This document shows positions 15,921 through 26,600 of a stretch of DNA of 35,757 bases, piece after piece. Source of the stretch: a virus. Its lineage: Duplodnaviria; Caudoviricetes. The stretch is from IMG/VR virus record IMGVR_UViG_3300037631_003745, positions 1 to 35,757 of that record. One strand, given 5' to 3'. A model generated the notes under the pieces. The model did not search any database. It saw nothing but the letters and a program-made list of their open reading frames with translations, and was not told the origin of the DNA. A program made the translations under genes and the position numbers. Each line of letters opens with the position of its first letter. Position 1 is the stretch's first letter.

Positions 15921-17474
15921 ATGAACCATTTCCAATACACCCCTGACTGTGACACCTACAGTCGAGCAATGCGAAGGGTCTCCCGCTACGGCGGGATGGC
16001 CTACGGCAAGCTGCTCACGTTGAAGGTCTGCGGCACGAACGATTGCCCCTACGGTGCGACCGATGGACGCAAGCTGCTCCTTAACCCCGATGGCATCGAA
16101 CGCCTTAAGCAAACCAGCAACCCCGTTGGCTACCTCGCCTTCCTGCTGGTGCATGAGGCACTGCATGCCCAACTGTCCCACGCCACTCGTCTCCGTAAGT
16201 TGGCCGACCCGATGACCTCCAACATCGCTGCCGACTACATCATCAACGCGATGATCGCCGACATGAACACCGCCGCCCTTGAGGCAGGTGCGAAGTCCGT
16301 GCCCTTCCCGTTCATCCCGAACGTCCTGCTGGACAAGGAGTTGTCTAAGGATCGACACGTTGTCGAACTCTACAACATCCTCAAGACCAAGCAGGAACAA
16401 GAGGCGCAGCAACGTGCCGCCGACCAACCTGACAATGATGACGGCGAAGAAGGCGACGCTGACAACAAAGACCAACGGGACATGACCGACGAAGAAATCG
16501 ACGAGCAATGGGACGCCGACAATGAATGGCCGAACGGCGGCGATGACGCAGACGAAGAAGGAGACGACACCTCTGGTGATAGCTCCGACTCCGACTCCGA
16601 CTCCGACTCCGACTCCGACTCCGACTCCGACTCCGACTCCGACTCCGACTCCGACTCCGACTCCGACTCCGACTCCGACTCCGACTCCGACTCCGCCAAT
16701 GGCGTACCTGCTAACGACGAGCCCAAGACCGACGAAGACATCCTGAATGACTGGGTCGGTACGGCGGCTGGCACTGACCTCGCCGATCCCATCCTCGATG
16801 AGGGCGAGACCGAAGAGTCCTTCGCTGAAGCTGTCGACGAAGAGAACGAGCGAGTCATCCTGCAAGACCAACTGGCTGAGCAGGCTGGCACGTCTGGCCC
16901 GTCTGGATCTCGTGAGATCGTCGAGCAACGCCGCCAGTGGGCTGGCCTTGAGTGGTCGGACTACGTCAAGCAGTGGATGACTGACAGGCTGGATGAGGGC
17001 TGGAACAAGCCCATCCGCATCAGCACCTTCGCTGCCACTGGCCTTGTCGAAGATGACCGCGAGTCGAACAGCATCGGCGAGCTTGCCATCGTGGTCGACA
17101 CGTCCATCAGCGTCCCGTCCTCTGTCGTACAGGAGATGCTCGACGCGACTCAAGATTCGATCGACACACTCCGCCCCAAAGCTGTCCACCTGATCAGTCA
17201 CGACCACGCTGTCCGCGATGTCTTCGAGTTGAAGGCGGGTGACGAAGTCCCTCGTAAACTGGCTGGAGGCGGCGGTACGCTCTTCGCTCCTGTGTTCCGA
17301 CACATCGAGGAGAACTGTCCTGATATCGACGGCATCATCTACCTGTCTGACCTCGATGTCCACGACTGGAATGACGTTGTCGAGCCACACGTTCCAGTAC
17401 TCTGGCTCGACTGGTGTCCGTACCGTGACCACTCAGTTCCCTTCGGGGAGCGCATCAAGGTAAGCTGTGCATGA
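15921..17474 (+). CDS. Metallopeptidase-like + vWA domain protein (DUF2201-like) with an acidic Ser-Asp linker
   Basis: [13 protein letters not shown] (HExxH), NIAADYIIN, vWA MIDAS VVDTSIS, GGGGT and YLSD. Confidence 0.85.
   Translation: MNHFQYTPDCDTYSRAMRRVSRYGGMAYGKLLTLKVCGTNDCPYGATDGRKLLLNPDGIERLKQTSNPVGYLAFLLVHEALHAQLSHATRLRKLADPMTSNIAADYIINAMIADMNTAALEAGAKSVPFPFIPNVLLDKELSKDRHVVELYNILKTKQEQEAQQRAADQPDNDDGEEGDADNKDQRDMTDEEIDEQWDADNEWPNGGDDADEEGDDTSGDSSDSDSDSDSDSDSDSDSDSDSDSDSDSDSDSDSDSDSANGVPANDEPKTDEDILNDWVGTAAGTDLADPILDEGETEESFAEAVDEENERVILQDQLAEQAGTSGPSGSREIVEQRRQWAGLEWSDYVKQWMTDRLDEGWNKPIRISTFAATGLVEDDRESNSIGELAIVVDTSISVPSSVVQEMLDATQDSIDTLRPKAVHLISHDHAVRDVFELKAGDEVPRKLAGGGGTLFAPVFRHIEENCPDIDGIIYLSDLDVHDWNDVVEPHVPVLWLDWCPYRDHSVPFGERIKVSCA
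16584..16695. repeat. Perfect microsatellite (TCCGAC)18 encoding (SD)18
   Basis: 18 uninterrupted units at 16584-16691 plus TCCG. Confidence 0.97.
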
Positions 17475-17551
17475 ATGCTATCCTATCATTCCTCTGTGCA
17501 GCGATCCCTGCTTCCGTCTTCCTGATCATTCTTTGGATGATCGCAGGATAA
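17471..17551 (+). CDS. 26-aa single-helix membrane peptide (not in the ORF track)
   Basis: ATGA overlap with the vWA stop; [26 protein letters not shown]. Confidence 0.5.
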   Translation: MNAILSFLCAAIPASVFLIILWMIAG

Positions 17552-17609
17552 CCCTCAACCCACAATTCAACTTAACACCAATATGAAACCTGAACCCCTA
17601 CCCCATAAC

Positions 17610-18113
17610 ATGAGCAACCCACCTACTAACCTGACCCATCCTTCCCAAGTATGGGACAACATCAAACCCATCGCCGCTGTCCAATCCCTCCTGCCCTACC
17701 GCAAGCACGGTATGTGGGTTTACGACGACGCCGATAACGAACTCGTGGCCGAAGCATTTGTCTGCGGCATGAGCGAGATCATCGACGACATCCTCATCCG
17801 CAGCGGCATCAATCCGAAAGACGTGAAGGATGGCTTCCGCCTGACGTTCTCGCCCTTCGAGTTCCCGAACGCTGTCCGCTCACTTGAGTGGCAGTACGCT
17901 GCGAACAGCGGCAACGTCTACAAGTGCAGCGAGACAGACGCTGAAGGCTGGCTCTGCCCCGCCCTCCTGCTGTACTTCTCCTGTCCGCCGAAGGTGCTTT
18001 TTGCTCGTGCCGACAAGCTGTCGCCCGACGAACTCGAAGAAGTCCGCTGGCATCCGTCCCACGAGGACAACGAGCCTACCATGTTCGACGACCACGAAGA
18101 ACAATTCCTGTAA
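17610..18113 (+). CDS. DUF6717-like protein
   Basis: PY...G.WV.DD...L..EAFV.G..EIID...FS...FP...GWLCPALL.YF..PP motif; start at 17583 or 17610. Confidence 0.7.
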   Translation: MSNPPTNLTHPSQVWDNIKPIAAVQSLLPYRKHGMWVYDDADNELVAEAFVCGMSEIIDDILIRSGINPKDVKDGFRLTFSPFEFPNAVRSLEWQYAANSGNVYKCSETDAEGWLCPALLLYFSCPPKVLFARADKLSPDELEEVRWHPSHEDNEPTMFDDHEEQFL

Positions 18114-18148
18114 CCCCCAACAACAACCAACAACCCACCACCTGAAGC

Positions 18149-18595
18149 ATGAACGCTGAACAATCAATCACTACACTACCCGCTGGCCGATACTTCATCG
18201 GCGACCTCTGCTACGTTATCTCTGATGACGACTGGATGGGTATGGTCGAGCTTATGGAACTCGATGACTTCACCTTCACCGAAGGCGTCTTCAATGGCCG
18301 CCCGTTCGCTGTGTCCTCTACGATGTGGGGTGACGGCTCGTATGAGTCCGACCACTACGTCGAAGGCGAAGACAACGAAGAGCCCTTCCGCTTCGGCGTG
18401 GACGCTGGCTGCATCGGCGTCATCCGTATGGAAGAGGCGGACTTAGGCCCGCTCAAGGATGAGCATTGTGATCTAGGCGTGGTCGTCGACTTCGACAAAG
18501 ACTTCCAAGTCGCTGGCTGCCCGCAGACCAAAAGCTACCGTGATGTGTGGGATGGCATCATCCACATTGACGACATCGAAATCTACACCGACTGA
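18149..18595 (+). CDS. Conserved acidic phage protein (Y.IGD.CYV...T.WGDG.Y...VDAG.IG type)
   Basis: Recognisable motif set; function unknown. Confidence 0.7.
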   Translation: MNAEQSITTLPAGRYFIGDLCYVISDDDWMGMVELMELDDFTFTEGVFNGRPFAVSSTMWGDGSYESDHYVEGEDNEEPFRFGVDAGCIGVIRMEEADLGPLKDEHCDLGVVVDFDKDFQVAGCPQTKSYRDVWDGIIHIDDIEIYTD

Positions 18596-18599
18596 TACC

Positions 18600-18896
18600 A
18601 TGTTCATCTACCACTACTTACACGAACTGGTCGACGAATACCGCGACAAGATGGCAGCAGCCCGCTTCGTTATGCTGGTCTACGCCACGCCGTTCGTGTT
18701 CTTCGGCAGTCTCGCCGTCGGCATCAGCCTGATCGCTGGTGCTTTCAACACCTCAGCTAAGATCTTCGCCGTTCTGGCGGGGATCTTCTGCACCCTGTAT
18801 CTTGTAGAGTTAGTCATGTATCTCTACTACCTGTTGCGGTGCAACCAACTCACCACCCGTATCGAACGAATCAACAACATTAACTCCCAACTCTAA
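18600..18896 (+). CDS. Two-TM membrane protein
   Basis: Two hydrophobic stretches; ATG 18600; stop overlaps the next start (TAATG). Confidence 0.6.
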   Translation: MFIYHYLHELVDEYRDKMAAARFVMLVYATPFVFFGSLAVGISLIAGAFNTSAKIFAVLAGIFCTLYLVELVMYLYYLLRCNQLTTRIERINNINSQL

Positions 18897-19231
18897 TGAA
18901 CCGCATTATAAACCTCACCCCTCACACCATCAATATCCTTATCCCGAAAGGCCATAAGCTGGATATCTTTCCATCTGGCCGCATCGCTCGCCTCAGCTAC
19001 GAGACCGAATCAGCAGGTGCGCTGGAGTACGAAGACGCAGAGATCGAAGTCACCCGACACACCAACCCCGTCATCGACAACCTGCCTGAACCTGAACCCG
19101 ACACCTTCTACATCGTGCCGCTCGTCGTGGCTCAGGCAGCTAAGCGCGCTGATGTACTGTCTCCTGCACGGCTCGTTCGTGACGCTGACGGATACCCGAT
19201 AGGTTGTACAGGGTTCATGGCGCATGTGTAA
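18896..19231 (+). CDS. Conserved phage protein (NLTPH...PSG..AR...LP.P...VRD..G..IGC type)
   Basis: Recognisable motif set; function unknown. Confidence 0.7.
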   Translation: MNRIINLTPHTINILIPKGHKLDIFPSGRIARLSYETESAGALEYEDAEIEVTRHTNPVIDNLPEPEPDTFYIVPLVVAQAAKRADVLSPARLVRDADGYPIGCTGFMAHV

Positions 19232-19251
19232 TTCCAACCCCAACACGAAAC

Positions 19252-19578
19252 ATGAAAACTGCAACCAGCGAAACGATCCATGTGTTCAGTGACGACCTGA
19301 CCCGAAGGGCGAGGTTCATCTTCGGAGAGTTTGTCGAGTCCGCTTTCTTCTCTTACGAAGCAAAGTCAGACCGCTCCGACATCCATAAGGGCATGGACAT
19401 CGCCCACCTTTCCCAACAGGTAGCGAGCGACCAACCCAATACTCTCCACGAGATCGTCATGCCTACGGCTGGCGAAGTCGTGATCCTGTTTGCTAATGGC
19501 AAGTCTGTCGCGTTCGGTGTCACCGAATGGGGCGAGATCAGATGCCAGAAAGAACTCAACCCCGTACCTGAACCCTGA
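19252..19578 (+). CDS. Hypothetical protein
   Basis: ATG 19252 follows the CACGAAAC leader motif. Confidence 0.6.
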   Translation: MKTATSETIHVFSDDLTRRARFIFGEFVESAFFSYEAKSDRSDIHKGMDIAHLSQQVASDQPNTLHEIVMPTAGEVVILFANGKSVAFGVTEWGEIRCQKELNPVPEP

Positions 19579-19653
19579 ACCCTGAATCCTGAACCAGTGA
19601 TCAAAGGTTTAGGGTACAAGGTCTACCCTAACGTAACTGTCACCGACAAACTT

Positions 19654-19914
19654 ATGCCCGACAAACAACACAACCAACCAGCATTCCCGCAAGACCTACA
19701 AGGTCGTCGAGGAGATGACCCACATCTTCAAGGCATGACCCTACGAGATTACTTCGCCGCTCAAGCGATACCCAACGTAGCAGAGATGACGATACGTGAA
19801 GCCGCTAAATCCCGACGCCAACCACCGAAGGACGAAACGCTCAACACCATCGCCATCCTGTGCTACAACATCGCAGACGCAATGCTTGAACAAAAGAACA
19901 ACCATGAATCCTGA
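19654..19914 (+). CDS. Small phage protein of the PAFP...GMTLRDYFAA...Y.IADAML family
   Basis: Motif present verbatim; ATG 19654 preferred. Confidence 0.75.
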   Translation: MPDKQHNQPAFPQDLQGRRGDDPHLQGMTLRDYFAAQAIPNVAEMTIREAAKSRRQPPKDETLNTIAILCYNIADAMLEQKNNHES

Positions 19915-19937
19915 ACCCCAAACAAACCACAAAAAAC

Positions 19938-20273
19938 ATGACACTAGCACAAGCATACAAAGAACAATTCGGGAAAGTATCGTATCCTTTTAGTATACAC
20001 GATGCCAACGGCAACGAGACATACTCTGAGGACAGCGATGGCTTTTGGTGGAAGTGGGAATACGACTCCAACGGCAACCAGACATACTTTGAGGGCAGCA
20101 ATGGCTATTGGACGAAGTGTGAATACGATTCCAATGGCAATGAGACATACTATGAGGACAGCGATGGACACATTGAAGGACAAAAGCAAACCATCGAGAT
20201 TGACGGGGTGCAATACTCAGCCGAGCAGGTGCGCGAGCGAATTGCGGAACTTAAACCCGTGCAAGACAAGTGA
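19938..20273 (+). CDS. Beta-repeat protein with 20-aa (EYDSNGN.TY.E.S.G.W.K) repeats
   Basis: About 2.5 tandem units with a 60-bp period. Confidence 0.75.
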   Translation: MTLAQAYKEQFGKVSYPFSIHDANGNETYSEDSDGFWWKWEYDSNGNQTYFEGSNGYWTKCEYDSNGNETYYEDSDGHIEGQKQTIEIDGVQYSAEQVRERIAELKPVQDK

Positions 20274-20303
20274 ACCACCAACCGAAAACGAGAGAAAACA
20301 ACC

Positions 20304-20642
20304 ATGAATCCTGAACAACAACGAATCGCAATCGCAGAGGCGTGCGGGTGGACTGAGTGCCGACTAATAAAAAGCTACGATGGGGAGCAAGTTCCTTATG
20401 GAGTTGCTCCTAATGAATCACCTATTCTAAAAGAAACGCCCGACTACCTCTACGACCTCAACGCTATGCATGAGGCAGAGGAAGTTTTATTTGCACGAGG
20501 TTGGGAATGGCAAGTTCGCTATTATGACAGACTTTGTGCAATGTCGGGCTGCTCTAACAGCGGTGTACACACTCTAACGCTTACCGCCGCCCAACGCGCT
20601 GAAGCGTTCCTCAAGACCATTGGAGAATGGGCCGACGCTTAA
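20304..20642 (+). CDS. Phage ABA-sandwich-like protein
   Basis: IAIAEACGW...PDY..DLNAMHEAE...A.QRAEAFL pattern. Confidence 0.55.
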   Translation: MNPEQQRIAIAEACGWTECRLIKSYDGEQVPYGVAPNESPILKETPDYLYDLNAMHEAEEVLFARGWEWQVRYYDRLCAMSGCSNSGVHTLTLTAAQRAEAFLKTIGEWADA

Positions 20643-23600
20643 TCGGGATCTTCGATATGGAGATAACGGGCTCGCTTGTTTCGTGCTTTCACCATCTCAT
20701 TCAAGCGGGCCGCATAGCCTCGTTCGACCAAGCCTTTGGCGTACTGCTTGTTGATTTCGGGGCGATCCATGATGCCGTGGAACATAAGTCGAGCGCGGTT
20801 ACCTCCAACGCCTCGACTCTTTAGCATTCTGAACTGATCCTTCGCCAACAAGCCCAAGCCTTCGAAGCCGCGAGCTATTCGCAGCATCTCTTGGTTCAGA
20901 GCGCGCTTGCCATCTAGTTCTCGCTGGTAGATAGAGTCGATCTTATCAGGATCGAAGGACTCCTTCGAATACAGCTCGTACTTCTGCTTGTTCACTGCGC
21001 TCATCCGATCGAGGTGACTGTAGATGAATCGGCGATACTGCTTCTGTAGGTCGACTTCGTGTACCTTGACGGGATACGCTCCGTCCAACAACTGACCAAG
21101 AGGCGAGTTGGAGAACCCTTCGTAGTCTCCGCCCGTAGCATTCTTCGCGTCGATCATGTCCTTCAAGAGGCGAGGCTGATACGAGTTCTCATACAGGTAA
21201 GTCGCCGACTTCAGGAGGCTCGCCCCCAAACCATCTACGCCTTCGACCCATATCGGATCATCGGTCGTGCTGTTGCGGTTTTTGAGGACGTCCATCATCG
21301 ACCCCGCCAAGATCTGATCATCGAGGTAGGTGTCGAAAACCATTCCTTTCGTAAACTGTCCTACAGCATCGGAGATATCTCCCTTCGCCAGTTTCGGCAG
21401 AGACCGAAGAAACGGATCGACGAGCAAGCTGAAGGGGTTCAGGTAAGTCATGTTGACCGACCTGAGATTACCTTTGTCGTCCCGCAGGTAGAAGAAGGTA
21501 TGGCCTCGCAAGTACTCAGGCATAGACTTGCGGAGTGCTTCGTCCTCTTCTCCACCAACTCCACTGAGCGCAGCCAGCGTCGCAGGAACGGCGGCAGAGA
21601 ATCCACCTAGAACTCCAGTCATCGCAAAGAACCGCCGTGTGCCGCGAGCGCGTACCATCGGGTTATTGCTTTTACGCTCTCGCGCGGCAAGTTTGTAGGT
21701 GTTGATGACGATACGGGGAACCTCCATTTTGAACCTGATGAACGGCGCGAACACCATACCGAATCCAGATTTGGTCAGCGATTGCGCGAGCGGGGGAGCC
21801 TGCGACAGAGACTGAGCGGTCATCAAAACCTTCTCAGCAGCCATACGCTTAAGATCGTATTCGCTCATTCGACCGATGTCTGACTTAGGATAGCGGCGTT
21901 TAGCTTCCAAGAGCATCGACAACTCGTTTTCGTAGTAGGCAATCTTGTAGCGTCCGTCGATTGCTGCGGACAAGTCGGCCAGCTTTTTCTGCAAAGTGGC
22001 TGCTCCTTTCTTGGTCTTGCCGATTACTGGAATCTCATCGATTGCTTTGTTGATCTTGGCTAGTGCGCTATCGGGATCGATTTCCCCATTCAGCAACTGG
22101 CGCAACAATCCTGCATGCAACTCGTCGCCGACGATGTTCAATCCTGTCAACTCCGTCAGGTACTCTTGCACCTGAGCGTCAGTCAATCGCTGACCTTTCT
22201 CGTCCAAGCTAGTGCGGTTGAACATCAACGAGCGGCCCATCATCTTGTCTACTCTGAAGAATCCTTGAGCAGGCCCGAAGAACAGGAAGTTACCTAATGC
22301 ATTCCGCAGGAAGAAACCAACAGAACCTAAAGTCTTCATGGCCATCGCTTGGCCAGTGAGTTTTTGGGCGACGACTGAAAGACCGCGCACCGCTTTTTCC
22401 GAAGTAGAGTTATGGTCAACAGTGAAAGATGGGTTAAGCGTATCTTGCATCGCCTCGACCATATCCCTAGGCCCGTACAAGTTGTTCAGCGGGTCGTTCG
22501 GGTTGGTGCTGTTGCCCCTGCGAAGAGGCACGTAGTCCTCATATTGGTCTCGCGCAGCTTCGTACGTGGCTTGATCCACTAGGAAGCCTTGCTGCTTACC
22601 GACCTCAGCGACGTTGTTGAGGAACGTCTGCTGCGCGGCGACGTTAGCTACCGTCGAGAACGTACGGACAATCAAGTCTGTTCCCTCCTGTGGCCCGTAC
22701 TCGCCCAGCAGCTCACGAATGACTTTCGGTACATCTTTGCGTTTCTTGAGGTTATCCTCCAACACTTTCAAGCCGTTCGCTGACTGCGGAGATACTCCAG
22801 TCCGTTCACTATACTTGTCGAGGAATGCTTCCAACGCAGCCGACCCCGCAGTGTGGCCGTAGCCTGCTTTGTCGTATGCCTTTTTCACAGCCTTCTTCGC
22901 CTTCTTCGTAGCCTTATCTTCGGCCTTAGCTTTGGCTAACCCCGCGTCCATGCCTTGGTCGACCAACTTGTCGTAAGTCTGAGAGTAAGTCGAATTGTAC
23001 ATGTTCTTGTACAGTTCGTCCTCGAAGAACTTCATAGCGCGGTCGCGCAGATCAGCATACTGCGGATCGGTTCTCACACGTTCAGCAAACGTAGGATCGT
23101 TAAACATGCGGTAGGCGCGAGTAATGTAGATCCCACCAGTGCGGTCGATCTTAGCGGAGATCTCGTCGGTCAGACCAGCGTCTTTCATCTTCTGTTGGAT
23201 CGGCTGGATCAGGTCGCGGCGCATCGATTTAATGTGCGCGGCGAGTTCAGAAGAACGCTGCCCCAGTTTAGTCAAGGCAGCATCAGATGCGCGTTGAGCT
23301 TGCTTAAGTGCAAGTTCCTCAGCGTTCTCGATAGACTTGTCTCGCTTAGCGCGACTGGAGTCCCGCATGATCTGCTTCTCTCGTGGAGTAAGTTGATCAT
23401 TCTGATTGATCCTATCAAGGCGAGCCATGTGTTCATCGTCGAACTGCTGGATCGTGTCTTCGTTCAGTAGACCGCCGTCGACATAACCTTGAGCCTGAGC
23501 GATCAAGTCCCAGTCAGTGTTGGACGGGTCGCCGTAGGCTTCGACGATCAGCTTATCCATCTTCTCCTTATACTGCTTAACCAGTCGGGTAGAAGCCCGC

Positions 23601-26600
23601 TTAAACGCTTCACGTTGATCGATGAGCTGCTTGACTGGGCGACCGACGTCACCCATGAACAGGCGGCTGAGCCAACCCTTCGGTGCTTTGTACGCTTGAT
23701 ATTCGTACATGGGCATCTCAAGAAGCTGAACAACATTGCCGAAGTCCACACCGTCGAGGCTGCTTGAGTTGCCTGCGTTCTGACCAATGCTGGTGAACAC
23801 AGGGAAATCGAGAAGACCTTCATTGATGACTCGCGCATTGTATTCGTCTTGCAAATCTTGATATGCCTCTGGCAACGACTCACTGTCGGTTTCCTTCTTC
23901 AGCTTGCGGCGATTAGTTTCAAACTCATCGACGATCGCAGTCAATTCAGGGATCTGTTTTACGGCGATGAGTGAACTAAATTTACGCTGAAGAAATGCTG
24001 CGAGATTCGCGCTATACCGAGAGAGGCTCATTTCAACTTCGGTCTGAACGCCATACATTTGCCACAGATAGGCCACACGATTTCGAGTTGCGCGAGGTAT
24101 GTTTTCGTCGTGCAGACCATAAAAGAAGTCAATCTGACCGTCTGGCCTAGTTACCAGACTGCGAAGTTCCTTCAACTCAGCTTTAGCCTCTTTCAACAAG
24201 GTCTGAACGATCTCTTCGTTTGTCAATCCTGACACATATTTCAGAGTTAAGCCTTTGGCGTCATCAGCAGGTTCACCATCTTTTACTGTCGACCCATATA
24301 AGTCTAGATTATCGCCCACATCTGAAACTGCGTTTCGTATCGAACTCTCTACGGTCTTGAAATACATTGGGTCAAAAATAGCTGTGTCAGGGTTTGAGGT
24401 GGGTGACTTCACCATGTCAAAACCGTAAGCAGGCCAACTATAGTAACCGTTCATAGAAAGGTTGCGGGGTGCTAATGACTCCATGCCGCTCATTTTCACC
24501 GAAGGAGAGTCTTCCTGATTTACATTGGGGGCGACAAATCGATTTATGATCTCCTTGTACGCTCTGGAAGTGCGGACATCACTACTCGAACCTCCTGCGG
24601 TTGTAGTGATACGCCTTATACCTAATTCTTGGTTGTTGACGATCAAGGTCGTAAGCAGAGTTTCCGCGAAAGACGACCCTATACGCGCTCTACCAATTTC
24701 TTCGGCAGATTTCATTTCTCCGATCTTGATCACCCCATTGCCTTGCAAATACAAGTCGACGGAGTTGATTTCTTGGCCCTCGTCGCCCTTCAAAATAATG
24801 TCTACTTCACCTTGGTCAGTCTTAACTTCGAGAGCGTAGTCTGCACCTACATTAACAGCTTCGAATACTTCTTTGATTTTTTCGCCGAAGACAACGTCAG
24901 AATCTAAGTCAGAATCTACGCCGAAAATCTCATCGTCAGTAGCCATAAACTGATTAAGTTCAGGGTCGAGGTCATCGAGATCAATAGGCGCACCTGCCAA
25001 TTCCATTTCTAGTGCCATTTGTTCTTCCTCCATGAACGCATCACGCTCCTCGTCAGTCATGCTTTCTACATCGATATCACGTTTCTTGGTTCGGCGAGCA
25101 AGTTCCATGTTGAGTCCCGCATAGTTCATGATGCGGTTAAACGCTTTGGAGTCGATGGCGGTAGCAGCGAACAGCGCGACTTGATTCGCGGCATTAGTGT
25201 AATCCTCAATGTCACCCAAAGGATCTGCGTTCAGCGCGCGCATGTATGCTTCCACAGACTCTGCGGGCAGATTAGGGTTAAACGTCTGCGACAACTTCTG
25301 GCGAGAGAATCCAAGCTCGATGGCTTGCATCTCACCGATCACTTTAGTCAGTGCAGCGTCCATCGTTCCAGATGCACCGTTCAAGCGGCGGTTGGCCGCC
25401 CACTTGTTAATCACGCCACCGATGTAACGCTTAAGGATCGCCAGCAAAGATGGCTTGGATCTCCAGAACTCAGCGTCCTCTTCAGTCGTATAGCCGCGAG
25501 TAATCTCCTGCAATCGCATGCGGAGTTTTTCCTCAGCCAGTCTGAACTTCTCTTCCGCAACAACGGCGGGATCTTCTGACTGCAAGTTAGCTAATGCTTG
25601 TTGCTGCTGATCTGGATTAAATCTGTAGTACTCACTCGCGATCTCCGCGTACTGCTCATCTGACAGGGAATCGACTAGACCGTCAATTTCTGCTTGAGTC
25701 AGTGCGCCGAAGGAAGCCTCGTGGCCGATCTCTTCGTGGAGCATGATATCCACCATTTTCCGCTTACCTAGTCGGTCGAATGACTCCAGACCTCTCATAA
25801 GGATCTTCGGGTTTATGAGGATAAAGTCACCGTCTGCGCCCATCGCGGCTGGCATGTTTGGATCATGCTTGAACTGGACGCCGTACGGCAGCCGTTCGCG
25901 CAAGAAGCCGACCACCTCTTCGAACTCAGCTTGCTGCTGTTCAGTGGTCAGGTCTTTCTGAGAATCAGAGATGAGTTGTGTGCTGCCTGCTTCAGGTATG
26001 CTGGTGTAGCGGATGTCAGCTTCTGGAGTTAGTGAGTCAATGTAACCTGAAGGTTCACTCCCATATCTTGGATTTTTAACGTATACCCGTGAGCCTATAG
26101 AGACGGCTTCGTCGCCGCCGATAACAACACGTCTATTGGATACGTCTCTGAACTCACTAGACCTAATCGGGTTGTAGGACACTTCAGTGTATTCAGAAAT
26201 GTCTTTAGGTATCGTCGACGTGCTTACCAACTTCCCAGCCACAGTTGCCAATGGTGTCTTACCTTGACCTGCTGCGATGCGAATAGCTCCACCTTTTCCA
26301 CTAATGGCTCTTGTCCTCATATCCACGTTAGTGAGGTGGGCCATAGGCACGTAAGACAATGGTGTACCTACTCTAGTGGCCGTGGATGAAACTGGCTCGT
26401 GTAGCGTTACTGCATAGACTGCATTGCCGTCTTTCACAGATTTAGTATAAGTTGGGATATCTATACGAACCTCTACAAGTGTCTCTGGATCTACCTTGAC
26501 ACCCACTTTGTCGACTTTAGCCGTTGATATGTATTTGCGAATGCTGCTTTCCGAAGGTGTTTTTTCTACGCCTTTAACCACAAATGGATCGATAGCGTCT

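Noticed and set aside
16584-16695. Staphylococcal Sdr/Clf-type SD-repeat adhesin
   Set aside because: No signal peptide or LPXTG; the tract is a homogeneous microsatellite inside a peptidase-vWA protein.
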